Part shown: piece after piece, positions 62,535 to 64,000 of the stretch | Numbering within the stretch: position 1 is the stretch's first letter | How the letters are laid out: each line of letters opens with the position of its first letter | Made by a program: the position numbers and the translations under genes | Assembly (NCBI GenBank): GCA_963575745.1 | Contig: CAUYUJ010000263.1 | Location: 1-64,000, forward strand | Reading direction: 5' to 3' | DNA length: 64,000 nucleotides | Source: Prorocentrum cordatum | Lineage: Eukaryota | The notes under the pieces: model-generated | The model's database searches: none | Told to the model about the DNA's origin: nothing | The model's input: the letters and a program-made list of their open reading frames with translations, nothing else

Positions 62535-62925
62535 GTCGTCGATGTCATGGTCGTCGTCGTCGTCGTCGCCGTCGTCATCGTCGTCGTCGTGGTCGTCGCC
62601 GCGGGCGCGGTCATGATCATGGTCGTCGCGGTCGTCGTGGTCGTCGTCGTCGACGTGGTGGTGGTGGTGGTCGTTGTCGTCAATCTCGAATTTCGCGGTC
62701 GTCGCGGTCGTCGTGGTCGTCGTCGTCGTGGTGGCAGTCGTGGTCGCGGTCGCGGACGTCGTCGTCGTTGTCGTCGTCGTCGTTTTCGTCGTCGTGGTCG
62801 TCGTCGTCGCGGTCGTCGTGGTCGTGGTCGTCGCCGTCGTCGTCGCGGTAGGGGTTGCGGTCGCGGTCATGGTCATTGTCGTCGCGGTTGTCGTCGTCGT
62901 CTTGGTCGTCGTGGCAGTCGTTGTC
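62535..62925 (+). repeat. (GTC/GTG)n low-complexity tract
   Basis: Direct reading. Confidence 0.9.
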
Positions 62926-63099
62926 GGGCGTCGGGCGGCTTGCGCCACCCTGGGCGCGCGCTGCTAAGGGAGTGCCAGACTTTTCCATGTAATTCTCCCG
63001 TCTCCTCCGAAACGTTGTAGCGTATTCCAGAATTCTTCCGAATGGGCCAGCTAGTCCCAGAACTACCTCTGGGCGCGCCTGCGTGAAGGATCTAGTTAG

Positions 63100-63520
63100 T
63101 CCCGCGATCTCGATCCCCCAATCCTGGTTTGCTTTCTCGTTTCAGGAGTGGCCAGCAGCTGCGCACGCTCCCCGAGCATTGCCACCTGGATAATTTGGAG
63201 GCAGTGAGGCTCGGTCGTGTTCTGGCCGCTGCTACTTCCAGCACTTTGAGCTGATGCATCTACAGGAGTTGCGCGATAAAATTGAGAGCCCGGCCAGCTC
63301 GCGCTGTGGTTGTTGCCCCAGTTGCAGGAAGCGTTGGCTAGGACAACGTCTGAATACATCATCGCCGATCTGTGCAAATGAGGGACTCCATGGAAAATTC
63401 CCACAGGTATTTGCGGTGACCGCTTCCCCCTTAAACAGCCCGCGTGCAGGTGTTGTGGCAAGCTGCGATCGCGTCCTGGTCCCAGGCATGCCTTCATTCA
63501 AGGTGTAGCCGCGGGAGGAG
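63100..63520 (-). pseudogene. Possible N-terminal APE-endonuclease relic of a non-LTR element
   Basis: Weak peptides only: AVTANTCG, SDVVLANA and QSAG in plausible order across frames. Confidence 0.2.
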
Positions 63521-64000
63521 GTTTCGGCGAACCTCACTCGGCTGGACGCCACCCTCTTCCGTTTTGCCGCGCCCTCGCTGCCGCTTTCGACCAAGCGCAC
63601 GGCAACATGGAAACGAACAGATTAGATCAGATGTTTGCCTGAGTGTGTGTCAGCCCTTGTTGGCGAGACCAAAGGTGTGCGTGGCAAGGTTGGGCGGTAT
63701 TGTGCCCTCGTCTCTGGCCAATGCTTCTCGCCGGCGGTCCTCGAGCCGCTTTCGATTACAAGCCTCTGCCTTCGCACCTTTGCTGGAGCTCGGCTGGGCC
63801 ACGACCACGACGGTGACGACGTCCTCCCCCCGCGGGGTCCAGAAACGCCCCCTCCCACCCCCCCGACGATGTCAGACAACGATGACGACGTCCCCCAGCC
63901 GAGTGGGCGAGAAGTGCCCCTCCCCCGCTCCCCCCCCCCGCTGCCCCACCGGACCGACGACAGGCAAAGGCGCCATCTCCCTGCTCCAGGAGTTCGTGCA

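Overview
Repeat-saturated, GC-rich eukaryotic genomic DNA, almost certainly from a dinoflagellate: it contains an exact 22-nt dinoflagellate spliced leader (DinoSL). The genus is not determinable from sequence alone. The only intact recognisable gene is an intronless 14-3-3 (19908-20630) with a full set of retroposition marks: genomic DinoSL, a possible cap-derived extra G, an A8 tail remnant and a 16-nt target-site duplication. It lies inside a (CAT)n tract that itself sits within a putative non-autonomous element. The rest is nested mobile DNA: (i) a decayed tyrosine-recombinase (DIRS/PAT/Ngaro-type) retroelement with split direct repeats A1...B1-A2-B2 and a C5-cytosine-methyltransferase-like domain, interrupted by a 5'-truncated LINE and by a satellite-bearing element; (ii) a second, separate C5-MTase-like domain fused to an unknown protein that has a diverged second copy nearby; (iii) 7-8 copies of a non-autonomous element with asymmetric 11-bp terminal inverted repeats, T-run insertion sites, nested and head-to-tail copies and a loop-variable terminal hairpin (Helitron2/Helentron-like); (iv) a PIF1-helicase C-terminal fragment, non-LTR relics, MITE-like foldbacks and many mini/microsatellites. 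Most long ORFs in the track are repeat artefacts. All family assignments come from reading motifs by eye; no database searches were run.
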